Below are positions 1-10,155 of a DNA stretch of 64,000 nucleotides, piece by piece. Source of the DNA: Naegleria gruberi (Eukaryota); the NCBI GenBank assembly GCA_000004985.1, contig GG738883.1. One strand, written 5' to 3'. Each line of letters opens with the position of its first letter. Within the stretch, counting starts at the first letter, position 1. Made by a program: the position numbers and the translations under genes. The notes beneath the pieces were generated by a model. That model did not search any database. It had not been told where the DNA came from and was given only the letters and a program-made list of their open reading frames with translations.

Positions 1-1
1 A

Positions 2-487
2 ACCTATTATGATAGTAAGAAAATATTTGCAATTGCTGCCTTTGCACATGGTCCACACATTGATTGTAATTTCATTGTTGCAAAACTCTCAAATGATTAT
101 ACATCAAAATGTGGAATGGCCTCTGTTCATCAATTAATTGAAGAGAATTATTTTCCAGGATGGGGAAGTGGTATTGCTAAAGAGATTTTCCTTGAATATT
201 GGAGGGATTGGAGATTTAATGGTTATATTTATGATTATGGTTTATCACAACTCAGAACAGGAGATTCAGGATCACCTCGTTATACACTTGTTCCTTGCTC
301 AACTCGTGTAAGAACCATTGCAAATAATGGAGTGAATGGAGGAAACTCTGGGGGCTGGGGTACACAAATTCATCATTTCCCAAGTTGGAATCAAAAACCA
401 TCAGATAGAGTGTACTATGTCGATAGGAGAGATGGTGTTGTACATGCTGATGTTAAAGGAAAAATAATGTACAATAAGCTTGTTTAA
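2..487 (+). CDS. Partial CDS whose 5' end lies outside the window; hypothetical Gly/Trp-rich protein
   Basis: The reading frame runs without a stop from position 2, through the tracked ATG at 116, to the TAA at 485-487. The tracked 123-aa ORF is therefore a 5'-truncated fragment. No domain recognised. Confidence 0.35.
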   Translation, partial: TYYDSKKIFAIAAFAHGPHIDCNFIVAKLSNDYTSKCGMASVHQLIEENYFPGWGSGIAKEIFLEYWRDWRFNGYIYDYGLSQLRTGDSGSPRYTLVPCSTRVRTIANNGVNGGNSGGWGTQIHHFPSWNQKPSDRVYYVDRRDGVVHADVKGKIMYNKLV

Positions 488-810
488 AAAAAGAAAACCA
501 TTTTTAATACTCTAGTTTACAATCATTATCAATTAAGTTTACATAATCTCCCAAAGGCAAACTTGCCATTCCAATAGATAAAAAGCTAACGCAACCAATT
601 ATTTTCAAAATAATGAATGAGAATTGATTAATTTTATCATATTGTTAATGGACAAATGGAAAGGTTTAAGTATTTAGAAATAATAGTTGGTTAAAACTTG
701 GTCATTATTTCCAAATAATATTAGCCAGTCCATTCTAGGATAATCTCATAAATCATGAACTCTAAATGGTTATCAAACCAAACACTTTGAATGATTTGTC
801 ATTGAAATAA

Positions 811-892
811 AACCTGACAAAAGTGTAAAATGTTTACAGCGAGCGGGAAGGGAAAGGGAAACCTGACAAAAGTGTAAAATGTTTACAGCGAG
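811..892. repeat. Perfect 33-bp direct repeat (aacctgacaaaagtgtaaaatgtttacagcgag), two copies 16 bp apart
   Basis: Copy 1 is 811-843 and copy 2 is 860-892, read directly. The spacer is cgggaagggaaaggga. It sits in the 3' intergenic region between two convergent ORFs. Confidence 0.8.
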
Positions 893-951
893 TCTTCTTA
901 AGCGTGTTAGGCTTACGATCTAACCAACTGATCTATCGCTGCTTACCACAA

Positions 952-1416
952 CTACACTTCCGCTTGATTTTTCTCATATTCTTTACATTTCATACAATTT
1001 CGTATTAGTCTTGTTTTTTGATTAATATAGAAACCTTTCAGAAAGTAAAGTTCTAAATCTGAACTTGAAATCATACCAAACGATGAAAATGATTCCTTGA
1101 ATAATTCAAAGGCTTGTGATAAACATGTCTCAGTAAGCTCTGCTTTTACTGCAAATCTTAATAGTTTTTTCATTAATTCATCAAGTTTCGTATTATTAAC
1201 AACCTTTTCAATACTGTGGTTGCTTAAAATATCTTCATCTTTTCTAGAACAACAATCATTATCTTGATAATAATCTCTTAAACATTGATACTCTTCCTCA
1301 CCAAATATATTTCTTTGAAATGATGATTCATTGGGTTCATTAAGGGAGGTATTATCTATATTGCTATCGGAGTTGACAAGAAAATCGCCATTTCCAGTAT
1401 CAACATAATCATACAC
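952..1416 (-). CDS. Hypothetical protein (154 aa), acidic/Cys-containing
   Basis: Single ORF with no recognised domain. Coding-like composition relative to its flanks. Confidence 0.3.
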   Translation of the reverse strand: MYDYVDTGNGDFLVNSDSNIDNTSLNEPNESSFQRNIFGEEEYQCLRDYYQDNDCCSRKDEDILSNHSIEKVVNNTKLDELMKKLLRFAVKAELTETCLSQAFELFKESFSSFGMISSSDLELYFLKGFYINQKTRLIRNCMKCKEYEKNQAEV

Positions 1417-2524
1417 CTTTGAATAAAATCACTTTCAACATTTTGCTCCATGTTTCCAATAACAGAAGTTTCGAATGAAGTAACTTTGTTGTGAGGAAAA
1501 ACTTCAGTATGAGACTGTTAAAACAATCTGGACGTCCAGATTTTTGTCCATAACAAATATTTCTGTTTGAAAATGTTAATAATACTAAATATGTCACAAG
1601 ATGACACTTCCTGCATCCATAGAAGGATCACTTACCAAGATCGATCCGAATAGAAGTTTAGAATAAGGGAACGATATAAATGAATTACTTTAAGAATATT
1701 TTGGTCTGTTAAGGTTATGATTAAAGGAATATATTGATGGTAAAACTGATTGCATAACCTTCTTTGGGGATTCTTTAAGCCCTTTTGGAACACACATTCT
1801 TTCTATCAAGTTTCGTTCAATTTTACAGAAATGAAACCCCATTAAAGAAAAAAACAATCCAGCAAGCCAACTCCCTCTCTAATATGTTACTATGATTCTA
1901 TGCATGTATTGTATGAAAGAATATTGCAGGATATGATGATTGGGAGAAATTCGATCTCCTCTTCCTTAAACAAAAATGTCCTTCATTTCTTCACAAACAT
2001 CCTAGAAAAACAACTAATGGACAAACAATGAATAGTTTGAAAGCCATTGAAGTATATATGATAACTCATCATCCCAGAAGATTTGAATGAATCTGTTGAG
2101 CTTCTGCAGGTGTTAACGATTATCAAGATATTGTCTCCATAAAGAAGCAACTCCAAATTTTAATATTTGCACTGAACTTGTTACGTGCTGTAATTATACG
2201 GCCCTTTGGCAATGAATTCGTGGATTCTGCCTGCAAAAACATACGTCTATTCCAATTCAGCAAGATGTTCCATTATGTACTGATACAGTAAAGTTTATGC
2301 CAGTTCATTACAACACAATACATTTAATACAATGACTATATTAATTTCTTGACTTTGCGAAATTTCACATGTTCCAGCGCAAAAATCCATTTGTGAAAAG
2401 GGTTTAGCGGGTTTGCTTGGTTCAAACATTGGCAAAAAAGATTTGGCGCAAAGAGCGGTGGACAATTTGTAGATTCTTGAATGGATGTAGCCATGTCAAC
2501 TCTTGATTTGTAGTACAAGAAAAA

Positions 2525-3766
2525 ATGAAACAAGCAATCATGACTCTCAAGTTTACAAGTTTCCTTATTGCCTCAATAAGCATGTTGTTTATATATCTCT
2601 CTGTATGTCAAGTTGTTGATGCAGCAACGTGTACCAATAGTCAAGGATGTGGCGTAAGGGCATTCCTTGCAGATCTTCAACAAGAGGTTTCTCAATTAGA
2701 TTGTATCAGCAGCAAGTTGAATAATAGCATTGCAATTTTGATGTCTACAAATTCCTCAGCATTAAATTCTCAGATCAAGACCAGAGTCAAGCAATTGAAC
2801 AAGATTGAGGCTGCTAAAAAGATGTTGTCCTTAGAAATAGCTCCATTGAATGATCAATGCAACAAACAAGACGGAGACAATTGTGACTTGGCATGTTTTG
2901 GACTCGCTCCTTCCAAATATCCTTCAACAGTTTGTTCTGGTCATGGAGTATGTTCTTCTCTTGATGTCTGTTCATGTTATCCAGGATGGTCAGGTAGTAA
3001 TTGTTCTCTCGCTTCATGTAATGGAATTTTAGCAACCAATACAAGCTCTGTTTGTAATGGTCGTGGCACATGTGTTTCCAACAATACTTGTGTTTGTAAT
3101 AGTGGAGTGTATGGTCCTTACTGTGAACCAATCATTATTACTGGAGATGATACAACAGGCAGAAGAATGGCCAATGGTGTGGCCAAGGCAAGTTGTTTGG
3201 AATTTTATCAAGCTTATCCATATGCAGAATCTGGTTTTTACTACATCAAGCCACAAACTACTGAAGTATTAGTGTATTGTAATATGACTATGAGTGGTGG
3301 AGGTTTCACATTTGTTCGTCGTGTTGCAGCTGCAGGTTGGTGGCCTTTGAATGATAATTTTGGTGGAAGCGGTTCTGGAATTTATAATCCAAGATCATTA
3401 TCAGCTGCTGGTGTTACATTTGGTCTCGATTATTCCAACATTCCTAGAACTCAAGTATTAATTACAACAGGTGATGGTGTGCATTGGATTCTAGTTAATT
3501 TGGATCAACTCACTTCTGGATATGGTGGGAATGATTGTACAGCCACAATTACTCTATTAGCAAGTTCTATCAGTCCAAATACTCCTTATTCTGTACAAGT
3601 TTGCAAGAGAGGAAACTTTAATGAAGACCCATGGTTGACAACTCATAATCATTTTTACATGACAACAGATAGTGAAAGTCACAGTATGTTGTGGGGTGAA
3701 TCAAGTAATACCTATTGGCCATATTGGAAGACTAGTCATGGTGGTATCAATGTGTTTATTAGATAA
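2525..3766 (+). CDS. Secreted protein with signal peptide, coiled-coil, EGF-like Cys repeats and a fibrinogen-related (FReD-like) C-terminal domain
   Basis: There is an N-terminal hydrophobic signal (LIASISMLFIYLSVC). The EGF-like modules are CSGHGVCSSLDVCSCYPGWSGSNC and CNGRGTCVSNNTCVCNSGVYGPYCE. These are followed by SCLEFYQAYPYAESGFYYIKPQTTEVLVYCNMTMSGGGFTFVRR. That stretch matches the FReD subdomain-A signature (SC..........SG.Y.I.P....VYCDM..GGGWTV.QRR). Confidence 0.7.
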   Translation: MKQAIMTLKFTSFLIASISMLFIYLSVCQVVDAATCTNSQGCGVRAFLADLQQEVSQLDCISSKLNNSIAILMSTNSSALNSQIKTRVKQLNKIEAAKKMLSLEIAPLNDQCNKQDGDNCDLACFGLAPSKYPSTVCSGHGVCSSLDVCSCYPGWSGSNCSLASCNGILATNTSSVCNGRGTCVSNNTCVCNSGVYGPYCEPIIITGDDTTGRRMANGVAKASCLEFYQAYPYAESGFYYIKPQTTEVLVYCNMTMSGGGFTFVRRVAAAGWWPLNDNFGGSGSGIYNPRSLSAAGVTFGLDYSNIPRTQVLITTGDGVHWILVNLDQLTSGYGGNDCTATITLLASSISPNTPYSVQVCKRGNFNEDPWLTTHNHFYMTTDSESHSMLWGESSNTYWPYWKTSHGGINVFIR

Positions 3767-4271
3767 GTTGGTTCAATAAACTTGAAAATTACAATTGTTT
3801 TTAACTAGAACATATAATATGAATAATGACTTGTTGACATGTTCCCAAATACTTAAATCTTTAATTTTGAAGAATTTTTTTGTCTTTGGATTATTATTCT
3901 GAAACTTCACTCAAGAATTATTGGGACAGAGACTTTAAAAAACATTTTGAAGATCAATCCATGTCTAACAATACAATAAGAGCAAAGAAACGAGCTTTGG
4001 TTGAGGCATTTTCATCGTCCTCAAATTCAGAACCTGAAGAAACACCAAACAATACTCAAAATGTGAATTCATCTGTAATTATTACTACAGATGAACTGAA
4101 CAATCTTAGTCCCAAAAAACCCTCCCAAACTCCCATGAAATCCTCAGCCATTCTTCAGAATAAGATGTAGGTCAATGATACAAAAGTTAAATGAAACATG
4201 TTCATAACATGATTTTGCTATTTGATTCCAATTTTTTGTTCGATTGAGATATTTTAAGAACAATAATGTAA

Positions 4272-4342
4272 CGACCTATGGTGCAGAGGGAGCATATTGG
4301 ACTCTGAATCCAAGGACGCAGGTTCGATTCCTGCTAGGTCGG
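4272..4342 (+). tRNA. tRNA-Gln (anticodon CTG)
   Basis: Cloverleaf folded by hand. Acceptor CGACCTA/TAGGTCG, D-arm GTGC..GCAT, anticodon stem TTGGA/TCCAA with loop CTCTGAA (anticodon CUG), and T-arm GCAGG-TTCGATT-CCTGC. T-run terminators follow at 4346-4358. Confidence 0.85.
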
Positions 4343-4345
4343 TCA

Positions 4346-4358
4346 TTTTTGTTTTTTA
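4346..4358 (+). terminator. Pol III terminator T-runs (TTTTTGTTTTTT) downstream of tRNA-Gln
   Basis: T5 and T7 runs lie immediately 3' of the tRNA. Confidence 0.5.
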
Positions 4359-4479
4359 ATATTTATTTCACTGGGAAATCTTACTAGTACGTCCTGATGT
4401 TTTGGTTGTCACCGGAAAAGAATGTTAATAACAAAGCGGAAAAATATTGCAAAAATATTGGCTAAACATGTACGTCCAT

Positions 4480-4920
4480 CACGACTCTGTTGATTCTTGG
4501 AGTAGTTTCACATCTATTAACTCCAAAAATTTCACCACATCATCTCATCATCATTTAAATAATAGTATTAATAGTAATTTTTGGAATTTAATTGTTCATC
4601 ATGATTTGGAAATAATTTTATTATTCGGAAAAATTCAAGTTGGTAAAATCATTATAATAGTAATATTTGTGGAAATAAATCTGGTAATAGTAATATTTTA
4701 GTGAAATTCAATCATCATCACTGCCAGATTTATATGATAATTTGGAAAACTTTCAATCTAGTATTGTTCAGCATGGTCGATTCCATCAGGTAAAATTACT
4801 TCCGAATATTTTCCTATTGGTTATCAGTTGGCGCCACCGTTGGCGATGTACATGTTTATTTTCATCTAAATAATAGTATTTGTGGAATTTTTAATTATTG
4901 GATTATTACTGTTAATATTA
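4480..4920. repeat. AT-rich degenerate short-repeat tract (recurring aataatagtatt / tggaattt / ataatagtaata units)
   Basis: Repeated short motifs are visible. The low-complexity ORF 4447-4701 is most likely an artefact of the repeats. The tract lies between tRNA-Gln and the transposase-like ORFs. Confidence 0.35.
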
Positions 4921-4944
4921 TGCAAAAAGCTGATATTTTGATTT

Positions 4945-5780
4945 ATGAATGAACCATCAAACAAAAGGAAAGAGTATGGATCTAAATCAGTATACTGCAA
5001 GCAAAATAAGATTGCCCTTGATCAATTAGGAAGACTATTGAAACAATTTGATAATGGTAGTTTGACTGGAAAAGAAACATTAGCAAGAGGTAGAAAATCT
5101 CTAAAATTAACAAGTGATGAAATTGTTTCTGTAATTACTGATATTAGATCCCAAAGAGATGCTAAAAAGCAAATTTCAGATACTGCAATCCATGAAGCTA
5201 TCACAAAAATTACAAATAAGACAGTGAGTTTATCTTATTGTCACAGTTTTGGAGTTAAATATTTTGATCAAGAATCAGTGAAAACTAAAATGGTAAAAGC
5301 TGTAAAATTGGTGATCACTATATGAAAGAGTATATAGATGGTATTATTTCTATACTCTTTTCGCTAAATTGGTGTTTGAAGTATTAGAATTTAATCCTAC
5401 CAATAATGCAATATTTCTTTGATGAAACAGGCACTGATACAAACAAACAAGGCCTTAAAACATATGTAGATAGCCAAGTTGATAATGGATATGTTCCTTC
5501 ATGTAATCATATCAAAGAAAAAGATACATTCTTGGTAGGAGTGAATACTGTTGGTGAATTCTTGCCAATAAGTGTTGTTCTTTCTCAAGAAAAAAAAAAG
5601 AAGACGATTGCAGGTGAGAAAACTACTATTCAAGAGAAAGTACGTGGAGTTCACTTATCACATATTGAAACATGGGTCAAAGATGTGTTATTGCAAAAAT
5701 GTAAACGTGGTGATTTATTAATTTGGGATAATCTAGCAGCTCACAAATTTCAAAATCCAGAAATTGCTATCAGATGCTGA
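4945..5780 (+). mobile_element. Possible degraded Tc1/mariner-type DDE transposon remnant (two consecutive ORFs)
   Basis: ORF 5406-5780 ends with ...RGDLLIWDNLAAHKFQNPEIAI. This resembles the third-Asp motif of the DDE/DDD transposase catalytic domain (..DNA..H..). ORF 4945-5325 is basic and HTH-like. The location next to a tRNA and a repeat tract fits the call. No TIRs were identified. Confidence 0.3.
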
Positions 5781-6500
5781 TATATTTAATATTTGTCTAC
5801 CATTTGGGCATCATTAATTGGAAAACCCTTCTGCTGAAAGAAGTGAAAGAAATCAAGCTTTCAAAGAAATATGTCACAAAAGATAATTCAAGGAAGTTTT
5901 CGTAAATGTATTCTAGATTTCTGGAACTATTCGAATCAGGAACTCAAATAGATATATTTGGTTATGGATTAGCAGCAAAGAGTCAAGGCTATTTACAATA
6001 TTTACCTGTTGATATGGTGTTGAAACTATATTCAAATATGTTAATAGTTTACATATTTGATTGAAAATACGATAGTATTGGCATTTATTAATTTTTGAAC
6101 AAGCTATTGGTAAATGGATGATTTTCAGCGCTTTTGAATATATTGAGGAATTGTCAATTATTATTATTGAAACAAAACTGAATAAGCTCAGAGATTCTTC
6201 CTCAATACTTAATACATAAGATTGATGGTATATACAAAAATCTCCACAACTATAGTGTTCACCAACCATCAATATACTATTCACATGCTTTACTACAACT
6301 TTCTCTCTCTTCTTACGACGATTTCTCCGTAATACAGCAAACGTTGCTTTGGATGAATGGTTGAATGCAACATCAAAGTTACTTCAAAATAAACCTTATT
6401 CCAAGAAGTCTGAATTTTTTCAAAAATTATATATTTATATTTTCTCAACCAAATATGATTATTTAACAACGTTGCAGCTCATCAAAACAAGCTATTGAAT

Positions 6501-7451
6501 TCATTCATCACTACTATCGTATCTATCTTCCATTTCTTCTAGGAGATTGAGCTTGTTAACTGATGCAACTTTCACACCCAATGACTCTGCTCTTTTGAAT
6601 AATTCAAGAGCTCTTTCTAAGTCTTCAAACTCATCTCCGCACGTAAGACTGACCCCTAAATCATTAATGGCTCGTGGATGATCTTGCTGAGCTGCTTTTT
6701 CAAGCCAAAATATTTTCATTTCCTTATCTTCATAACCTGGTTCGACACGGAATAAGATTGAAAGGTTGTACTGAGCTCTGACATGTCCTTTCTTTGCAGC
6801 TTTAATAGTCCACTCAAATGCCTTTCTAACATTCTTTTCAGTTCCCTTCCCTTTGGCATAGAAACTTCCAAGTTTACATTGAGATTTCACAATTCCTTGT
6901 TGAGATGCCTTTGAGAACCACTTGAATGCTTCATTGTAATCTTTTCGAAATTCAAATTCTCTTCCAATTGAGTATTGTGATAACGAATGTCCTAGCTCAG
7001 CAGCTTTTAAATAAAGATCAAATCCTTTAGAATTCATTTTGTTAGCGTACATGATATTCCCTGCTTTTCGAAAGAATAGGGGACTGTGAGTATCTGCAAT
7101 TTCTACAAATAAATCGACTTGTTCCTGACAACTTCCTCCCTTAATACTAGGTAAAGTGAACACATTCAAGCTAGATAGGAATGACGCTTTTGGTAAAAGA
7201 TTTCTGAAAGTGTCAAAATCAATCGATTTCCCCTTCAATTCCAATATTTCCAAACTGGTAAAATTTTTGCAAGATAAAACGTGTTGTAAATCTTCTGGTG
7301 AAAGGTCATAATTATTCATGTCCAATTCCAAAACTCCCTGCATGGCACTACTATTACACATTTCCTCAATACTAAAAGACTCGGTTTTATGCACTTCAAT
7401 TCTCACCCATGGAATTGAATAGAAAACGTGATGGAAAGATTTGGCGACCAA
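6501..7451 (-). CDS. Sel1-like repeat (TPR-like) protein
   Basis: Tandem ~36-aa repeats with the Sel1 signature (..A..G...AQ..LG..Y..G.GV.KD..KA..W..KAA..G). Examples are KAAELGHSLSQYSIG, KASQQGIVKSQCKLGSFYAKGKGTEKNVRKAFEW and KAAKKGHVRAQYNL. Confidence 0.6.
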   Translation of the reverse strand: MVAKSFHHVFYSIPWVRIEVHKTESFSIEEMCNSSAMQGVLELDMNNYDLSPEDLQHVLSCKNFTSLEILELKGKSIDFDTFRNLLPKASFLSSLNVFTLPSIKGGSCQEQVDLFVEIADTHSPLFFRKAGNIMYANKMNSKGFDLYLKAAELGHSLSQYSIGREFEFRKDYNEAFKWFSKASQQGIVKSQCKLGSFYAKGKGTEKNVRKAFEWTIKAAKKGHVRAQYNLSILFRVEPGYEDKEMKIFWLEKAAQQDHPRAINDLGVSLTCGDEFEDLERALELFKRAESLGVKVASVNKLNLLEEMEDRYDSSDE

Positions 7452-7677
7452 TTTGGAAAGTCAAAATTTGAAATTTGTACTGAAAATTATTTAGGAAAGA
7501 TCGTATATGAAACACAATATCAGGTGGAATGTAGATCCCTTCCATTTTTTTTATGAACGGTAAATTTGAAAACGTGATCAGAGTTTACAAAAATGGTTTT
7601 CATTGCAAGCATTGTCACAAAGCTAAAAATAGGAATGAATTGAAAAAATAGTTTTGAATTTATTTATTATATGTCAA

Positions 7678-9561
7678 TTAAAGAAGGAACAAGATAAGCA
7701 CAATCAAGCAAGAGAAATACTTCAAAGTCATACTGATGGAGACACTTCCACTTACTTGTGCCAAAGGAGCCAACAATACATTTCCACTCAAATTCTTTGT
7801 TTGACAAACAACTGAACCATTTTGGTTAGTAGTAATAATTGTTGTATCCACACTAACAGTCTCTGTAGCCCTATCATATCTTCCACAAATTGGAGTCATT
7901 GTACCAGAATATGGGATTGTAATCTTGATATAACCGTTGACAATACCATCAGCTATAGTACCATTTTCAAAAAGTGGAATAAAATCATAAACCTTAGATA
8001 CCATTTTCAATGAAGATTCTCTTTTTTTTGTTGGCTGTACAGTTCGAGCATTTGCTAAAACAGCTTGAATGCAATAATTAAATTCGTACTTGTCTGTAAT
8101 TAGGAAACATGCCAAGAAACGAGTTTTTGAAGTTGCCATTTCAATAGTAGAGGAACCAACAGGAATTAAACTAGCTCCCTTAGCAACTGCCAAATCAATG
8201 TTAGCGCTACTTGCTGTGACAACATCACCAAGTGTGAGAGCTGGTGTTAATTTCGCACCAATGGACTTGGCCAATAAAGATGACTTGTCGTTAGATGTCA
8301 ATAACAAGGCATTTGAGGCAACATTAATAACAGATTTAACAATGTCAGGAGAGAATTTAGAATTACGAGTAGATTCAATTAATGCATCTAAGGCCTTATT
8401 AGCAGACGTTTGTGTAAGTTCACCAGCAACTGAAGTGACAGATTCAAGTACTTTCACTACAGCCCCAAGATCACCTGAAGCAATATCTTTGGAGAGTGAT
8501 GTAATAATAGTATTTCTTATGGCTGCCTTTGTTGAAATTTGAGAATTATCACTTGTTGAAACTGTATTCAATAGAGAGGCAACACCTAACAAGTCTCCAA
8601 CAGACGAATTAGTGGAAAGGAGGTTAGATATGAGTGTAATAGCTTGACTAGTTGGCAAATTTGCAACTGGATTGGTGAGTGGAATGGTAGTCAATTTTTG
8701 AATACTGACGGATTTAGAACCATATGTTGCAACATAGAGATCAATTGAATTTTTACCAGAAAGTAATGGTAAAGTAAATGTAGCTGGATTTGGTGACACC
8801 TCGGTAAGAATTGTAATGGCGTCAGAATCAGCAAAACCAAATCCATAACCAAAATCAGAATCAGAATATGGATTAGAATTACCAGTAATAGTCAACTTGA
8901 AATTGGTTTTACCAGCAATGCCTGATGTAATAATTTGATTTGTGTTGGCATCTTGTAACAAGAATGTCAATTTTGGATCTTGTTGAACTACAATTGTAGT
9001 TGATTCAGTGATAGTAACACTCAAGGAAGGAGTTGTAACTTTGGCAGTCAATGAAAAACCATAAGTATTACCAGATTTAATACCATTATCAAGAGACAAC
9101 TTGTCTACCTTTCCAGGGATTTTCAATTGTGGTCTATTTAAATACCCTGCAACTGATGCCAAATCAAAAGCTGGACCAGAAACTTGTGACCAAGAATATT
9201 CAACATTAGAAATAACATCATTAGTGGCCAATGATGATATAGAAGATATAACCTGAACACCCAACATTGGGTGGGTGTATGCAGATGTTGCAACTGCACC
9301 AAAAACAGAACAATATTTACCATAAAATCGACTTGGACATGAACAAACACCAGCAGTACAACTACCATAACCACTACATTGTAGATAAACACCAATGGCT
9401 GTATCAATACATTGTTCTTCTTCTTGATTTCTCTTAATTGTGAGGTGGTTAGGATCGGAGACAGCACCATATGATAGGCAACACATATATGAGGAGAAAA
9501 CTAACCAAGCAACTAGAAGAACCAGTTTGCTGGTTGTGTGCGTGTGGATGGTTGTTGCCAT
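7678..9561 (-). CDS. Secreted, probably GPI-anchored Ser/Thr-rich surface protein with an N-terminal EGF-like module
   Basis: The likely start is the internal ATG at 9561 (MATTIHTHTTSKLVLLVAWLVFSSYMCCLSYGA, a signal peptide), not the upstream ATG at 9636. The EGF-like segment is CSGYGSCTAGVCSCPSRFYGKYCS. A long S/T/N-rich region follows. The C-terminal hydrophobic tail (YFSCLIVLILFLL) suggests a GPI anchor signal. Confidence 0.55.
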   Translation of the reverse strand: MATTIHTHTTSKLVLLVAWLVFSSYMCCLSYGAVSDPNHLTIKRNQEEEQCIDTAIGVYLQCSGYGSCTAGVCSCPSRFYGKYCSVFGAVATSAYTHPMLGVQVISSISSLATNDVISNVEYSWSQVSGPAFDLASVAGYLNRPQLKIPGKVDKLSLDNGIKSGNTYGFSLTAKVTTPSLSVTITESTTIVVQQDPKLTFLLQDANTNQIITSGIAGKTNFKLTITGNSNPYSDSDFGYGFGFADSDAITILTEVSPNPATFTLPLLSGKNSIDLYVATYGSKSVSIQKLTTIPLTNPVANLPTSQAITLISNLLSTNSSVGDLLGVASLLNTVSTSDNSQISTKAAIRNTIITSLSKDIASGDLGAVVKVLESVTSVAGELTQTSANKALDALIESTRNSKFSPDIVKSVINVASNALLLTSNDKSSLLAKSIGAKLTPALTLGDVVTASSANIDLAVAKGASLIPVGSSTIEMATSKTRFLACFLITDKYEFNYCIQAVLANARTVQPTKKRESSLKMVSKVYDFIPLFENGTIADGIVNGYIKITIPYSGTMTPICGRYDRATETVSVDTTIITTNQNGSVVCQTKNLSGNVLLAPLAQVSGSVSISMTLKYFSCLIVLILFLL

Positions 9562-10155
9562 ATGTTTTTTAAAGATCTTGATAAGGAACAAATGAACCTG
9601 TTGATGAAACTGTAGTTGCCAGTGGTGGGTTAACAATCAAGGATTCTTTAAGCGGATTGGGTTGTGGGCACATTTAATTTCAATCAAAAGTTCATCAGGA
9701 ATAAATTTGATATTGTATTATTTCACAAATTACTTTCTTTTCCAATGAAGATAAAAGATGAAGAGATAGAACCTTCCTTTTGATTTTATTCCTGGCTAAT
9801 GATGGAAAACAATGATGATGGTTTGTTTGGTGAATAATCGGAGCACCAACTTGAATTTTCCACGATGAAATATAAGTTTCCAATCACATGATGAAAATTC
9901 ACTTCTTAAAATTGATGTGAATTATTCTTTGATTTCATGATGTGAGAAATCACTCTGAAAATCAGCATTGCCACAAAGTACCTGTTGACGAATATTGTTA
10001 ATCCTGATTCAAATTTTACTATTAAAACTCCCAACCCCACCTCAATACCAAAAGTGTATTAAGTGTGAATAAAGCTCCGAGGAGTAAGTAGTTCTAATTT
10101 ACTGCCATCTTATTTCGAATACAGATGAAATGCACATTCTAACAAATTAAAAAAA

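Noticed and set aside
2814-3272. Cluster of small ORFs on both strands inside the EGF/FReD gene (2814-3131-, 2850-3032+, 3029-3256-, 3057-3272+)
   Set aside because: These are antisense or alternative-frame shadows of a well-supported long CDS. The same applies to 8090-8542, 9138-9470, 14573-14972, 15584-15907, 17432-17626, 20129-20565, 26240-26871, 29135-29709, 34416-34807, 57435-58247, 59943-60397 and 61424-62107.
4447-4701. 84-aa ORF inside the repeat tract downstream of tRNA-Gln
   Set aside because: It is composed of short DNA repeats and encodes poly-I/V/N low complexity. It is more likely a repeat artefact than a gene.
5913-6284. 123-aa minus-strand ORF rich in I/N/L
   Set aside because: It lies in extremely AT-rich intergenic DNA. 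The low-complexity translation is typical of chance ORFs in AT-rich sequence. It has no start context and no domain.
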